Source: Octopus vulgaris (lineage: Eukaryota). Taken from it: DNA of 64,000 nucleotides. Location: the NCBI GenBank assembly GCA_951406725.2, contig OX597824.1, positions 96,100,001-96,164,000 on the forward strand, written 5' to 3'. Made by a program: the position numbers and the translations under genes. Under the pieces are notes generated by a model, which was given only the letters and a program-made list of their open reading frames with translations, was not told the DNA's origin and made no database searches. Position 1 is the stretch's first letter. Each line of letters begins with the position of its first letter. Below, piece by piece: positions 12,783-24,011 of the stretch.

Positions 12783-13891
12783 GGTTGGGTGCTCTGAAAG
12801 TGTAGCTGCTAGAATAAGAATAGCCTGGGCAAAGTTCAGGGAGCTCCTACTTCTGCTGGTGACAAAGGGCCTCTTGCTCAGAGTAAAAGGTAGACTGTAT
12901 GACGCATGTATACAAACAGCCATGCTACATGGCAGTGAAACATGGGCCATGACTGCTGAGGACATGCGTAAGCTTGCAAGGAATGAAGCCAGTATGATCC
13001 GATGGATGTGTAATGTCAGTGTACATACTCAACAGAGTGTGCCTTGAGAGAAAAGTTGGACCTAAGAAGCATCAGATGTGGTGTGCAAGAGAGACGACTG
13101 CGCTGGTATGGTCATGTGGTGATAATGGATGAGGATAGCTGTGTGAAAAAGTGCCACACCCTAACAGTTGAGGGAACCTGTGGAAGTGGTAGACCCAGGA
13201 CGACCTAGGATGAAGTGGTGAAGCATGACCTTCGAATATTAGGCCTCACCAAGGCAATGACTAGTGACCAAGACCTTTGGAAATATGTTGTGCTTAAGAA
13301 GAGCCGGCAAGCCAAGTGGCCTATGCCAGGGGTGTAACCAGCCCACTTATGCATACCTTTCCTTCATTGGACACTAAACTCTGCTTGCGAAGACCTGTTG
13401 AGGCAAGTAAAATCGAAATCAAATTCAATGACAGCACCGCATGACTGGCATCCGTGCTGGTGGAGCGCCAAGAGCACCCTCCGAGTGTGATCATTGCTAG
13501 AGCCACTGACTGGCTCCTGTGAAGTACCATTCGAGCGGGATCACTACCAGCATCGCCATACTTGCACTTGTGCCGGTGGCATGTGAAAAACAATATTCGA
13601 GCGAGGTTGTTGCCAGTGCCACTGGACTGGCTCCTGTGCAGGTGGCACGTAAAAGACACCATTTCAGCATGGCCATTGCCAGTACTGTCTCTGACTGGCC
13701 CTCATGCTGGTGGTACATAAAAGCACCCCCTACACTCTCGGAGTGGTTGGTGTTAGGAAGGGCATCCAGCTGTAGAAACTCTGCCAGATTAGATTGGAGC
13801 CTGGTGCAGCCATCTGGTTTGCCAGTCCTCAGTCAAATTGTCCAGCCCATGCCAGCATGGAAAGCGGACGTTGAACGATGATGATGATGAT
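12783..13891 (+). mobile_element. 5'-truncated RTE-clade LINE: ORF C-terminus plus 3'UTR with (GAT)n tail
   Basis: RIRIAWAKFREL...LYDAC...MLHGSETW...RRLRWYGHV...GRPR, disrupted by a frameshift and a stop; runs directly into the family-A repeat. Confidence 0.88.
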
Positions 13892-13908
13892 AAATATATA
13901 TATGTATG

Positions 13909-13944
<36 letters not shown>

Positions 13945-14705
13945 GTGTGTATATTCGCTTTTCATGCGAAAATGGCTTCACCAATTGCTTCTATACTTGT
14001 GATACATGAATAATTTGACCTTGGGCACATGGTTGGCTCTTCATTCAAATTTTTTTTTTTAAATAAATAATATCGCTTTCTATATAGGATTCACTTCATT
14101 AAAAAGGTCTCTTAATGCCAACTTCCGGTATTGACCTGGCAACAACGAAATTTTCCTTCATTTCAAGTTTTAATTTGCTGTTTGCAGACAACTGCAATAA
14201 AATTACTGAAAGAAATATTTAAATATTCCGTAAAAAGATAGTCTTTAATGAGATTCTATTTATAAAATCGTTTCATTTCATGTTTTATATCATTCCTTCT
14301 TTACAGTATTCTCTCTCTTCCCCTCTTTCTCAGACACACAGACATACATGTGCTTTTGTATGTATCTCCGTCCAACCCGTGCTAGCACGGAAAGCGGACG
14401 TTAAACGATGATGATGATGTTTGTACACATGTATGTGTGTGTGTTTGTGAGAGGGAGAGAGAGAGAGAGAGAGTCAGTCAGTGAAGGGGGGGGGGTGTCC
14501 TCATGTATCCTTACATACATAAATACATGTGCATACATCTTTTTTGTATTCTCTTTTCTCTTTTACTTGTTTCAGTCATTTGACTGTGGCCATGCTGGAG
14601 CACCACCTTTAGTCGAGCAAATCGACCCCCAGGACTTATTCTTTGTAAGCCTAGTACTTATTCTATCGGTTTCTTTTGCTGAACCGCTAAGTTACGGGGA
14701 CGTAA

Positions 14706-14750
<45 letters not shown>

Positions 14751-14814
14751 AGATGATATTTGCTTATTATGTATAAAGTGATTTTATATGTATGTGTGTG
14801 TCTGTGTGTTTATA

Positions 14815-14850
<36 letters not shown>

Positions 14851-14855
14851 AACAT

Positions 14856-14887
<32 letters not shown>

Positions 14888-16042
14888 GTATATAACCCTT
14901 GTATAAAGACCTTAAGATTACAAATGTTTGGATTATAAACTAAGATTAGATAAGAAGCATTTTTTTTTTAAAACACTTATATATCTATGCTACATAAATA
15001 TGTAAATATATTTCTTTCAAGGTCAGTAATTTTGTGGGGAGGGGGGGAAATTAATTACCCCAGCCCCAGTGCCAAACTGTTATTTATTTTGTTATCTTCA
15101 AAAGGATGAAAGACAAAATCGTTCCTGATGGGTGGTTGGTGTTAGGAAGGGCATCCAACCGTAAAATCCCTGCCAAAGCAGACACCAAAGTCAAGTGCAG
15201 GCCTCTGCCTGGCCTGCTCCTGTCAAACCATCCAACAGATGCCAGTATGGAAGGCGGATGTTAAATGAAGATGATGATGATGATGTCATTTGATCTCCAT
15301 TTTGCCTGGAACAGTAACAATTCTGCCAGCTCATCAGTCACCTTAATAGATTTAAAATTATGGGTTTCAAATTTTGACACAAGGCCAGCAATTTCGGAGG
15401 GGTGCTCAACTGGTGCTTATTTTATCAGCCCCCAAAAGGACAAAAGGTAAAAGTCAACAGCGGCAAAATTTGAACTCAGAATGTGAAAACAGACGAAATG
15501 CCTCAAAGCATTTTAACCAGGATGCTAACGATTCTGCCATTTTGCCACCTTAATAAATATAAATATTAGTTTTAAATTTTGGCACAAGGCCAGCAATTTC
15601 AGGGGAGGAGGTAAGTCAATTTCATCGACACCAGTGCTCAACTGGTACTTATTTTAAAATAATAATAATGAAATTATAGTATACAGTGCTCAGGTGCACC
15701 TCAACTTGTCAAAAGTCCGTATAAAGCATATGCAGTAATGTACAAATGTCCGGGAAGAGAACAGGGTATGAGTCAGATCCATGCTTATTTTATCAACCCG
15801 GAAAGGATAAAAGGCAAAGTCAACCTCAGCTGCATTTGAACTCAGGACATAAAAATGGACAAAATACCACTTAGCAATTTCCCCAGTACGATAACAATTC
15901 AGCCAGTTTGCTGCCTTAATTGATATAAATATTAAAAAAGTCGTTTATCTCTAGAAAAAAAATGAGGTTAACACAGAAAAAAAAAATCATAACTTTAACA
16001 CATAAGTCATCCCAGACAGGTAAAAAATTTATTTTTTCTTAC

Positions 16043-16137
16043 CTTCACATCAACAGCAAATAACGTTGCTCCTTTGGTTCGACCCATTATAGTTAACAAT
16101 CCGAATGTAGATAAGTCATGGACACTTATTACGTTAT
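16043..16137 (-). CDS. VPS39: VPS39 coding exon 5
   Basis: (D)NVISVHDLSTFGLLTIMGRTKGATLFAVDVK; cacag/gtaag; VHDL and KGA.LF motifs. Confidence 0.92.
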
Positions 16138-16789
16138 CTGTGTTGAGGATAAGAAACAAATACATGAATTAGCGAATAATTTTAGAAAACCAACATTTAA
16201 AAAAAAAAAATGTACAGAAATAAAAAGAGTTGTTGAATAAAATTGGGTTCATACTTTCCAGCGGTTATCAACCTGGGTCCATAACGCCCTTGGGGGCCCA
16301 CAGGAGATTTTGTTGCTAAACTTTATGGGCAATAAATTGTTTATATTTCTACAATATATAAAATATCTTAACGACTTTCTTATAATAGGCATAGGAGTAG
16401 CTGTGTGGTAAGTAGCTTGCTTATAAACCACATGGTTCCGGATTCAGTCCCACTGTGTGGGACCTTGGGCAAGTGTCTTCTACTATAGCCTCGGGCCGAC
16501 CAATGCCTTGTGAGTAGATTTGGTAGACAGAAACTGAAAGAAGCCCGTCGTATATATGTATGTGTGTGTGTGTGTGTGTGTTTGCTCCCCCCAACATCGC
16601 TTGACAACCAATGCTTGTGTTTACATCCCTGTAACTTAGTGGTTTAGCAAAAGAGACCGATAGAATAAGTACTGGGCTTACAAAGAATAAGTCCTGGGTT
16701 CGATTTGTTCGACTAAAAGCGGTGCTCCAGCATGGCCACAGTCAAATGACTGAAACAAGTAAAAGAGTAAAGAGTACTATTCTATAGTG

Positions 16790-16926
16790 CAGTGCTTCCC
16801 AACCTTTGTTATGCCCCGCACCCCTTAAAGTAATAATTTATGTAAGAATAAAGGTGCCTGGGGTAATTGCCCTCTTTGACCCCCTATAAATCCAGCCCTG
16901 CTTGCACCCCTAGTTGGGAAACTCTG
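16790..16926. mobile_element. hAT-like MITE
   Basis: TIRs cagtgcttcccaac/gttgggaaactctg; perfect 8-bp TSD ctatagtg. Confidence 0.85.
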
Positions 16927-17065
16927 CTATAGTGGATAAAAGTGCAGGCTGCTCACCCTTGGATTCTAAATTCAATCCCAGGTAGGGACATCAGCAACAT
17001 ACGTTAGGAATGAGAACAGGGTACCCCATTAGTCAAATAAAGTGTTGGGTGTGAAATTTCCCCAG

Positions 17066-17111
17066 GACACCTGATGAAGGCTGGAGAGTACATCAGCTGA
17101 AATGTTGTGCT
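17066..17111 (+). ncRNA. Minimal hammerhead-ribozyme-like motif
   Basis: GACAC-CTGATGA-A-GGCTG-loop-CAGCT-GAAA-TGTT-GTGCT; canonical core boxes, degenerate stems. Confidence 0.5.
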
Positions 17112-17574
17112 AAGAACAAACAAGATGAGGACACACATCCGTCCATTGTAAATAATGAACTTTTTAATACAATTCCTAATAATATTTAATCATAAAAACA
17201 TGCTGATGTCAGTGGCGTCTGACTGGCACGAAAAAATCACCATTCGAGTGTTGGGCCTCATGGAGACAGTGACGGGTGGCCAAGACCTTTGGCGATATAC
17301 CATGCTGGAGCAGTCCTGCCAAGCCAAGTGAGACCATAATTATGGCACCCATGCCAGTGGCATGTAAAAAACACCCACTACACTCTCGGAGTGGTTGGCA
17401 TTAGGAAAGGCATCCAGTCGTAGAAACTTTGTCGATTCAGATCAGGACCTGATGCAGCTCCCTGGCCTACCAATTTTCAGTCAACCCATCCAACCCATGC
17501 CAGCATGGAAAACAGACGTTAAATGATAACATTTTTTAAACATTTAAGATGTTATCTTTCTACCTCTCTGTCTG

Positions 17575-17611
<37 letters not shown>

Positions 17612-17816
17612 GTTCCCTCATCACCATTTGTTTGCTTGTCCATAACTTAGCAGTTCAGCAAAAGAGACTGATAGTATAAGTACCAACTTAAAACCAAAGA
17701 AAAAAAAAACAAAAAAACGTAATGGGATAAATTTGTTTGACAAAACTCTTCAAGTATGGTGCCCCAGCATGGCCGCAGTCCAGAAACTGAAACAAGTAAA
17801 ACATAGAAATACTAAC

Positions 17817-17862
17817 CGGACAGACTAACCAGGATATATTCTTCATCTGTAATTGCAGACAG
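17817..17862 (-). CDS. VPS39: VPS39 coding exon 4
   Basis: LSAITDEEYILVSLS+G; ttgcag acceptor, gttagt donor; ILVSL motif; phases fit exons 3 and 5. Confidence 0.85.
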
Positions 17863-18185
17863 CTGCAAAGAGTAGTTTTAAAGAATTCATTCAACTGAGT
17901 TTTATGGAAAGTAATTATTGTAGAAAATGATCAAAGCAAGTTGCAAAACGGAGAAAATTCTTTGTTTTGTGAAATTCTAAAGAAACATGGAAATGAACAA
18001 CAAAAGGTTTTTTTGGTTTTTGTTTGTTTGTTTTAGATTTAATGACTCTGTTGATGCTGAAGAATAATGAGATTTTTGTTAGCAATATTTTGGCTTTAAT
18101 CAGTTCTGTGATTGTTCAACTAATGAGGATGACGCAGGCCACTGCCGCCTTCATCATCATCATCATCATAAACAAACATGTGCAT

Positions 18186-18352
18186 AGGCGCAGGAGTGGC
18201 TGTGTGGTAAGTAGATTGCTTACCAACCACATGGTTCCAGGTTCAGTCCCACTGCATGGCACCTCGGGCAAGTGTCTTCTACTATAGCCTCGGGCCGACC
18301 AAAGCCTTGTGAGTGGATTTGGTAGACGGAAACTGAAAGAAGCCCATCGTAC

Positions 18353-18384
<32 letters not shown>

Positions 18385-18583
18385 TTGTCCCCCCCAACAT
18401 CGCTTGACAACCGATGCTGGTGTGTTTACGTCCCTGTAACTTAGTGGTTCGGCAAAAGAGACCGATAGAATAAGTACTAGGCTTACAAAGAATAAGTCCT
18501 GGGGTAGATTTGCTCGACTAAAGGTGGTGCTCCAGCATGGCCACAGTCAAATGACTGAAACAAGTATAAGAGTAAAAGAGAGT
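18186..18583 (+). mobile_element. Family B tRNA-derived SINE, full length
   Basis: A-box TGGCTGTGTGG, B-box GGTTCAGTCCC, central (TA/TG)n, tail gaaacaagta..agagtaaaagag. Other copies (approx.): 3205-3612-, 3842-4230+, 9665-10460+ (interrupted), 12026-12430+, 16386-16775+, 38408-38773-, 39722-40097-, 42085-42449-, 43172-43540+, 61110-61477-, plus partials. Confidence 0.88.
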
Positions 18584-18819
18584 AAGTGTTTGTGTTACCA
18601 TTTCCTTGCCTTGACACAGTGTGATACTTGTAAACAAGGGTCACCATTGTGCAATGGGAAAATATTATCTTACTTGGAAACAGGCAAGGTTTGATAACAG
18701 AAAGGGCACTGAACTATAGAAAATCCGCTTCAATGAATTCTGTCTGACCCATGAAAGCATGGAAATGGGGATGTTAAACCCTTTTGTGCTGTGTTCCTGT
18801 TATAGCAGGAATAGCTTAA

Positions 18820-19040
18820 CCCTTTCGTTACTGTATTTCTGTTGAGATGTTGTGTGTTTCTTTCAATTGATTTTAAATATAACAAAGAATTTAGTAAAAT
18901 AACTTAGTTATCATTCAGCTAGTGTTAGGAACATAAATTGTGACTAAGGTTGGGTGGAAGATTTTAATTCAAAATTTATGAAAACAAGACAGTTGTACTC
19001 AGAACCAGAGCCGGTTTCAGCCGGGTTGCTATCGAAAGGG
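18820..19040. mobile_element. piggyBac-type MITE
   Basis: TTAA flanks; ccctttcg/cgaaaggg ends; homologous copies at 47250-47459 (inverted) and ~21829-21986 (partial). Confidence 0.82.
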
Positions 19041-19336
19041 TTAAACGCCATCTCTACCAGATTCTCAGAAAGTAGTAATGAGCAACAGACATAAGAAAAG
19101 AAGATGCTGCTGATTCTGGCCATCAGTTTGCCTGCAATTGTTACTCTTCAGCTGTATATACAACTATTTATTTATTTGCTCGAGAGCCCAGGTGGAGGAT
19201 AAAGTTAGATACAGGGACCCAGGCCTGACGGGGTTAAAACAATAATGATGATCATCATCATCAGGATCATTATATTTTAACTGTAAGACAAGTTAACTGT
19301 TGTCTCAGTCCTGAACTGTCCCAACAATAAAACCTA

Positions 19337-19718
19337 TTGTAGTAAAGATTGTTTGCCAACATAACACGGCAGTCCTGGTTTATGACTAATGTTGCTGAAT
19401 TTAGCCCCAGGAGACATCGTCTCCAGCTGGCTGTACAACACAATCTGTGTCTTTATATTTTCGAACAAGGGAATCTAGCACCCCCACTCAGCACAAAATA
19501 ATATCTGTGTATCGCGATTTCCGGGTTATTTCCCTTCATCTGCACAGAAGAATTGTTCGGCTAGAGGTGGTGCTGGCCAAATTCCCGTTCGAAATATATA
19601 AGGACACAGATCGTGTCGTATAGCCAGCTGCAGACGATGTCTCCTGGGGCTAAATTACAGCAACATTCATCCTAAACCAGGACTGCCATGTTATGTTGGC
19701 AAACAATCTTTACCACAA
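19337..19718. mobile_element. Fold-back MITE with ~135-bp imperfect TIRs
   Basis: 19337-~19475 is the reverse complement of ~19580-19718 (e.g. gccccaggagacatcgtct / agacgatgtctcctggggc). Confidence 0.85.
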
Positions 19719-20489
19719 AGTACTGTTGCTGAATATCTCACGTTGTGAGACTTAAAAATAGTAATTTTCTAATAAAACCTATTGTTCTGAATTCTAACTT
19801 CCCCATTTCTCTTTAGGTCTTCCTCTGTCATGAACAATTTCCTATCGGCAAATGACAGTCTTTTTCAGCTCCTATTCATTCACATCACATTGCCATACTA
19901 ACACGCTTCATCTTTCAACTAAACACCAAGAGATATCTCCAATGCCCAACAATTCCCTCAGCTCAGCTGTCTTCTCCCTTTCATGCTAAATAAAAAAAAA
20001 TGCCTATTGTGTTTGATGCCACTCCGATCCTTCCTCTTTTAGCTTTTTCTAAGATTTCTCTCTCCAAAATAGAGCTCCTACATAATATCTGGTAATTTCA
20101 GCAACAAAGTGAACCAGATGTAAACTGAAACCTTGGGACTTTCAGACTCAATATAAACATGTTTTTAATTACGCACTAAAATAGTTTGGTTCATTAAATC
20201 TATGTTAAAAACTGGTGATTTAGTTTTTTTTACTTTAGAATTTGGACTGTAACTTGTAACAAGCATATTCTTGTGTGTGTGTATAGATATATATATGACC
20301 TCGTGTGTACCATTGGCGATTTTTTTACCTCCGTCTTCCCTTCTCTGGATCTTTCTTTTTCCTATGTTTCCGACGAAGAGCTCCACTTGAAACATAAAAC
20401 CCTCCTTCTTCCCTTCCTTCCTGAGGGTCCAATAATACTATATTTGTTCCACGTCCTTGCGTTGTGTTTTCATGTTTAGATTAACTTTA

Positions 20490-20742
20490 TATATATATAT
20501 ATATAAATTAGAAAAAAATACCTTTTATCAATTCAAAATTAACAATAAATTATACCATCTAGAAAATTACATATAATAGAAATATTAAAATTAAAATAAC
20601 AATAATATTTTGCAATTTACTTAATCATCGGTATATTATTGTTATTTTAATATTTCTATTATATGTAATTTTCTAGATGGTGTAATTTATTGTTCATTTT
20701 GAATTGATAAAAGGTGGTTTTTTTCTAATTTTCATATATATA
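20490..20742. repeat. AT-rich inverted repeat (~110-bp arms, short spacer)
   Basis: ccttttatcaattcaaaat...ctagaaaattacatataatagaaatatt is mirrored by aatatttctattatatgtaattttctag...attttgaattgataaaagg. Confidence 0.85.
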
Positions 20743-22463
20743 TTATATTTTGTGAAATTTGATTTAGTATTTCTAAATTGAATTTTTCCCTGTAAGTTAG
20801 GAATAATATTCCCTCAAATAATTATTATTTTTATATATATATATTTAATATTAATATTAGGGGAGTTATTTCCGAGTCCACAGGGGAGAGAAGTTCAATT
20901 TAGTGGTACTAAAATGAATTACTCACTCTATTATATACGTATATAAATTGATAGGTTTAAGAGACAGAATCACCCTCAAGCAACTCATTATCATTTAACA
21001 TCTGTTTACCATGTTGGCACAGATTGGATGGTTTGACAGGAGCTGGCAAGGCCAGGGATCCACACAAGATTCCTTATTCGGTTTTGGCTTGATTTCTATA
21101 CCTGGATGCCCTCCCTAATGTCAACCACTTTACAGAGTGTACTGGATCTTTTTACATGGCACCAGCACCAGTTCTTTTTATGAGGCACCAGACCAGGCCT
21201 TTCGGAGTGGTTGGCGTTAGGAAGGGCATCCAGGTGTAGAAGCATTGTCAGATCAGATTGGAGCCTGGTGTGGCCTCCTGGCTTGCCAGTCCCCAGTCAT
21301 ACTGTCCAACCCATGCCAGCATGGAAAATGGACATTAAACGATGATGATGAATTTAGTAGCCAGTCCAACATTTGTCTTGAAATGCTACCTGGAGCTCTT
21401 CCGATCCAGCCCCATTTCCTTTCCAGAATTTCTTGACTGATGACAGCTTGGTTCGTTCTATCCCACAGATTTCTGTTTGAAATTTCATCCTGCCACGAGA
21501 TTTTGAGGATTCAACGCTTTCCTTACCGTATTTACTTTGAGATGCTCTGTGTTTGCTGCTTGACTGGCTTCCCACGCCAGTGGTACATAAACAGCACCAT
21601 CTGAACATGGTCGATGCCAGTGCAGCCTACTGGCTCCCGTACCAGTGGCATGTAAAAAGCACCTACTATACTCTCAGAGTGGTTGGTGTTAGGAAGGGCA
21701 TCCAGCTGTAGAAACATTGTCAGATCAGATTGGTGCCTGGCGCAGTCTCCTGGCTTGCCAGTCCCCAGTGAAACCGTCCAACCCATGCCAGCATGGAAAA
21801 TGGACATTAAACGGTGATGATGATGATGAATTTAGTAAAATAACTTAGTTATCATAAAGCTAGTGTTAGGAACATAAATTGTGACTAAGGTTTGGTGGAA
21901 GATTTTTATTCGAAACTCATGGAAACAAGATATTTGTACTACAGAGCTAGAGGTGGTTTCAGCTGGGTTGGCATTGAAAGGGTTAATACTAAACTAAAAA
22001 TTAATTTTCTAATTATTCCATGTTTGTATCTGGTCAGCAAGATTCTTGATGTGAACTCCTACATTGAAACAGATTTTGCTAGATCTTGGGTGAGTTGTTA
22101 TGCCAATAATAAACACGTAAAAGCGCCCATGCAGTGCCACATAAAAGCATGCAGCACACTCTGTAAAGAGGTTGGTATTAGGAAGGGCATCCAGCAGTGG
22201 AAACCATGCCAAATCAGAGTGGAGCCCTCACCCACCCAGCTTGCAAGCTCTGGTCACACCGTCCAATCCAGGCCAGCATGGACAACAGGTGATGATGATG
22301 GAAGCACTTTGACAAACATAAGTGATTGACTGACAAGGAAGAGAAATAAAACTGGTGTATGTGTATTTATTATTAGCATAATGACCCTCCCAAAATGCAA
22401 CAAAAAACATTCTTTTGAAAATTAATAATAATTATCTCATTAAATAAACAGAAAAGCACTTAC

Positions 22464-22528
22464 CTGAGTGATTGGTTTTTTGGCAAATGATTTGTTAGAA
22501 CCTTCCAACTGAATGCTGAATTTATTCT
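22464..22528 (-). CDS. VPS39: VPS39 coding exon 3
   Basis: (E)NKFSIQLEGSNKSFAKKPITQ; gacag acceptor, gtaagt donor; frame-compatible with neighbours. Confidence 0.9.
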
Positions 22529-23054
22529 CTGTCAAAAACAAAATTGACAATGTTGTTAGTGAAAGCCAGACACAATAATAATAATAATAATTCATTCTTT
22601 TATTAGCCACAAGGGCTCGCATAGAACAACATTAAATGACATGCAACAACTTAAAAGACAAAAACTGGACGATACAATGGGTTTTCTGCATGTAAACAAT
22701 ATAAATAACAGTTAAGAAATTAAACAAATTAAAACTCCCAAAAGGGGAGGTGCTTTAAGGTCCTCGTGGAAAAACCCAGAAAAGCCACGGGTGCCTGATC
22801 AACAGGGCAAGAGCCATTTCCCTTTTATCTTTCACAGATGCACGCTCAGAATTGGTCCTTCCACACTGGCCATTTTTCCAACATTCCCCCACCTTTCAAC
22901 AAATTTGCTACAAGGCAACACATCCCCCTCCACCCTCAGCTTCCTTTTCAAGTTTTTAGGGCTGGAGCTGTGACCTCATGATGCAGAGCAGTAGAGGTGA
23001 GAGAGAGAGAGAGAGAGAGAGACACTCCCTGATCTCCAGGTTAGGGTTAGGGTT

Positions 23055-23900
23055 ACTCCAGAAATCCTTCAGAGGAACCCCCTTTCAGCCACTTACATTC
23101 GCAATTTTACTCTTTCAGTCATTACCCAACATTTATGACCATAGGTGAGGATAGACACAAAAAACAAAAGAAAAAAAACTGAATTGAAGGTTTCAAGCTC
23201 AGCTCTTTTGCCAACCTCTCCTCTTCTGAGGATCAAATGTTGAAGATGACCCATTACTGTACCAGCATCTGCAATTCTAGCATCTAATTCAGCCTCCTCA
23301 ATAAGGCCCCAAGATACTTAAACTTCCATCACTCATGAATATGGCCCCAAGATAAACTTCCATCACTCATGAATATGGCCCCAAGATAAACTTTCATCAC
23401 TCATGAATATGGCCCCAAGATACTTAAACTTCCATCACTCATGAACATGACCCCAAGATACTTAAATTTTCATCACTCATGAATATGGCCCTAAGATACT
23501 TAAGCTTCCATCACTCATGAATATGGCCCCAAGATACTTAAACTTCTCCACTCAGTGATGTCCCACTAACATGCCGATTGCACTGAGGAGTGGACCTTCT
23601 TGAAAGGGCCAATGCCTCAGTCTTTGCAGCACTAATTCTCATCCCAGGCTTGCAACACCCACCAGCCAACCCATTCAGTGTATACTAGGGATCATCTTCT
23701 GATGAGCCAAAGTAGCCGCATATCACCTACAAATAATATCAACCAAATGACCCTCTCTCACAACAGCTGCGCATGTCCATAGTTCATAGGAATTATGAAA
23801 AGTAGAGCAAACAATGTGCACCCCAACTGAAGTTCAACACGCACGCTGAAAGGTTTTGACTTAGCACCATTTAACTGAACACAAAACATTTAGGCGGCAA
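23055..23900 (-). mobile_element. Degenerate RTE (Expander/Rex3-like) LINE reverse-transcriptase fossil
   Basis: Minus strand reads KFKYLG and SILTYGHKCWVMTER...AERGFL, with stops. Confidence 0.65.
23305..23546. repeat. 34-38-bp minisatellite, ~6.5 copies
   Basis: Unit ggccccaagata(ctta)aacttccatcactcatgaatat. Confidence 0.95.
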
Positions 23901-23939
23901 CAGAGAGGAGATTGGTAAACAGACACCATTAAGTAATAC

Positions 23940-24011
23940 CTTGGTCTTTGTCTTTGCTGATTTTATACTGTAAAAGATGTCCTTGTTTTGTTCCAACCAA
24001 CAATACATCCT
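23940..24011 (-). CDS. VPS39: VPS39 coding exon 2
   Basis: (E)DVLLVGTKQGHLLQYKISKDKDQ; tttcag acceptor, gtatt donor; LLVGTKQGHLL is the VPS39 CNH-domain motif. Confidence 0.93.

Noticed and set aside
14098-14191. Acceptor-like ttgcag followed by a short open frame in VPS39 intron 5
   Set aside because: No VPS39 similarity, ends in a stop, and exons 5 and 6 already join in frame.
18186-18265. SINE heads as functional tRNA genes
   Set aside because: A and B boxes are present, but there is no proper cloverleaf and they are always attached to the SINE body.
23039-23055. (TTAGGG)2.5 interstitial telomeric repeat
   Set aside because: Too short to distinguish from chance or repeat-junction filler.
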